A DNA stretch of 25,777 nucleotides from Ignavibacteriales bacterium (GTDB taxonomy: Bacteria > Bacteroidota > Ignavibacteria > UBA10030 > UBA6906). The notes below the pieces were generated by a model that was not told the DNA's origin, made no database searches, and saw only the letters and a program-made list of their open reading frames with translations. The position numbers and the translations under genes were made by a program. Below are positions 25,073 through 25,777 of this stretch, in pieces. Location: contig JBBIRR010000051.1 of NCBI GenBank assembly GCA_037441705.1, forward strand, positions 1 to 25,777. The letters are read 5' to 3'. Each line of letters opens with the position of its first letter. Position 1 is the first letter of the stretch.

Positions 25073-25777
25073 ATGGTCGGTGCTCTTTCCCATCGCTTCG
25101 TCTGGTTCTACACAAAGAGCCAACTAAAACTCAAATACCGCTATACTGCACTCGGCTTTCTGTGGAATTTTCTTGAGCCTGCAATGTTCCTTCTGGTGTT
25201 GAGCGTGGTCTTTTCGGTTGTAAACGGAATGGACGTTGCGGACTATGCGGTGTTCCTGTTCGGTGCGCTTTTGCCCTGGCGCTACTTCGAAAAAACGGTG
25301 AACAGCTGCATGGATGCGTTCGTCGGCGGAGAGTGGTTGTTGAAGAAGCTGTACGTCTCGCCGTATGCCTTGCCCCTCACGCGCTGGGCAATTGCCGGCA
25401 TCGAGTTCCTGTTCTCGCTGTCGGTTGCCTTCATTTTCTTTTCGCTCTGGAACCACGCGTTTACACCTCATCTTCTTATCATTCCGCTCGCCATCGTGCC
25501 ATGGGCGATGTTAGGACTGGGTGTTGGACTGAGCGCTGCCGTGTTGTTCATCTTCTTCCGAGATGTGCGAACCATCGTGCAGATGCTGATGATGCTGGCA
25601 TTCTTTTCGTCGCCCATTCTGTTCCGCGCGGATACACTCCCGCCGGGTTCGCTGCAAGCGCGTTTGATCGCGTTCCATCCGATCACGTACTTCGCCGCGC
25701 TGTTTCAGAAGCCGATCTACCACGCGGCGTGGCCGGGCCCGACGGATTGGGCGGTGTCGTTCGTCGTTGCTGCTCTT
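25073..25777 (+). CDS. wzm: ABC-2 type polysaccharide export permease (Wzm/TagG-like), 3' end outside the window
   Basis: Manual translation: 'LKLKYRYTALGFLWNFLEP', 'LLPWRYF', 'LLKKLY', 'FFRDV...FFSSPILF', 'HPITYF'. Confidence 0.88.
   Translation, partial: MVGALSHRFVWFYTKSQLKLKYRYTALGFLWNFLEPAMFLLVLSVVFSVVNGMDVADYAVFLFGALLPWRYFEKTVNSCMDAFVGGEWLLKKLYVSPYALPLTRWAIAGIEFLFSLSVAFIFFSLWNHAFTPHLLIIPLAIVPWAMLGLGVGLSAAVLFIFFRDVRTIVQMLMMLAFFSSPILFRADTLPPGSLQARLIAFHPITYFAALFQKPIYHAAWPGPTDWAVSFVVAAL

Noticed and set aside
1-25777. CRISPR arrays, tRNA/rRNA, IS elements, prophage genes
   Set aside because: I saw no repeat-spacer periodicity, cloverleaf, transposase or integrase motif. The dUTPase sits in a housekeeping operon rather than a phage context.

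Overview
A gene-dense bacterial window of moderately high GC with about 27 genes. Gene content and promoter style tentatively suggest the Ignavibacteria/Bacteroidota-Chlorobi group. From left to right: (1) a truncated secreted carbohydrate-binding-module protein and a LacI-family repressor whose sigma70 promoter overlaps a perfect 14-bp operator; (2) a housekeeping run of dut, AI-2E transporter, rsmI, TPR protein, alpha/beta hydrolase, TerC and cysteine desulfurase, then a small lipoprotein; (3) a minus-strand run of hypotheticals, HAD phosphatase, acpS, a HAMP histidine kinase, a QseG/YfhG-like lipoprotein and a MerR-type regulator; (4) a histidine kinase with a periplasmic CxxCH (heme c) motif paired with a sigma54 NtrC-type regulator; (5) a lipoprotein, a Nal1-like trypsin protease and a 76-aa free-standing copy of that protease's N-terminal domain; (6) a dienelactone hydrolase pseudogene with an internal deletion and a CDF transporter with three C-terminal domains; (7) the start of a glycan locus: TPR protein, TPR-like/GT9 fusion, methyltransferase and Wzm permease. 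I found no rRNA, tRNA, CRISPR or mobile element. The best candidates for undescribed biology are the protease plus free pro-domain pair, the TPR-GT9-methyltransferase-Wzm locus, two sigma54-like promoters sharing a non-canonical TTGG -12 element, and the orphan QseE/QseG-like pair. All family assignments come from motif recognition by eye; no searches were run.
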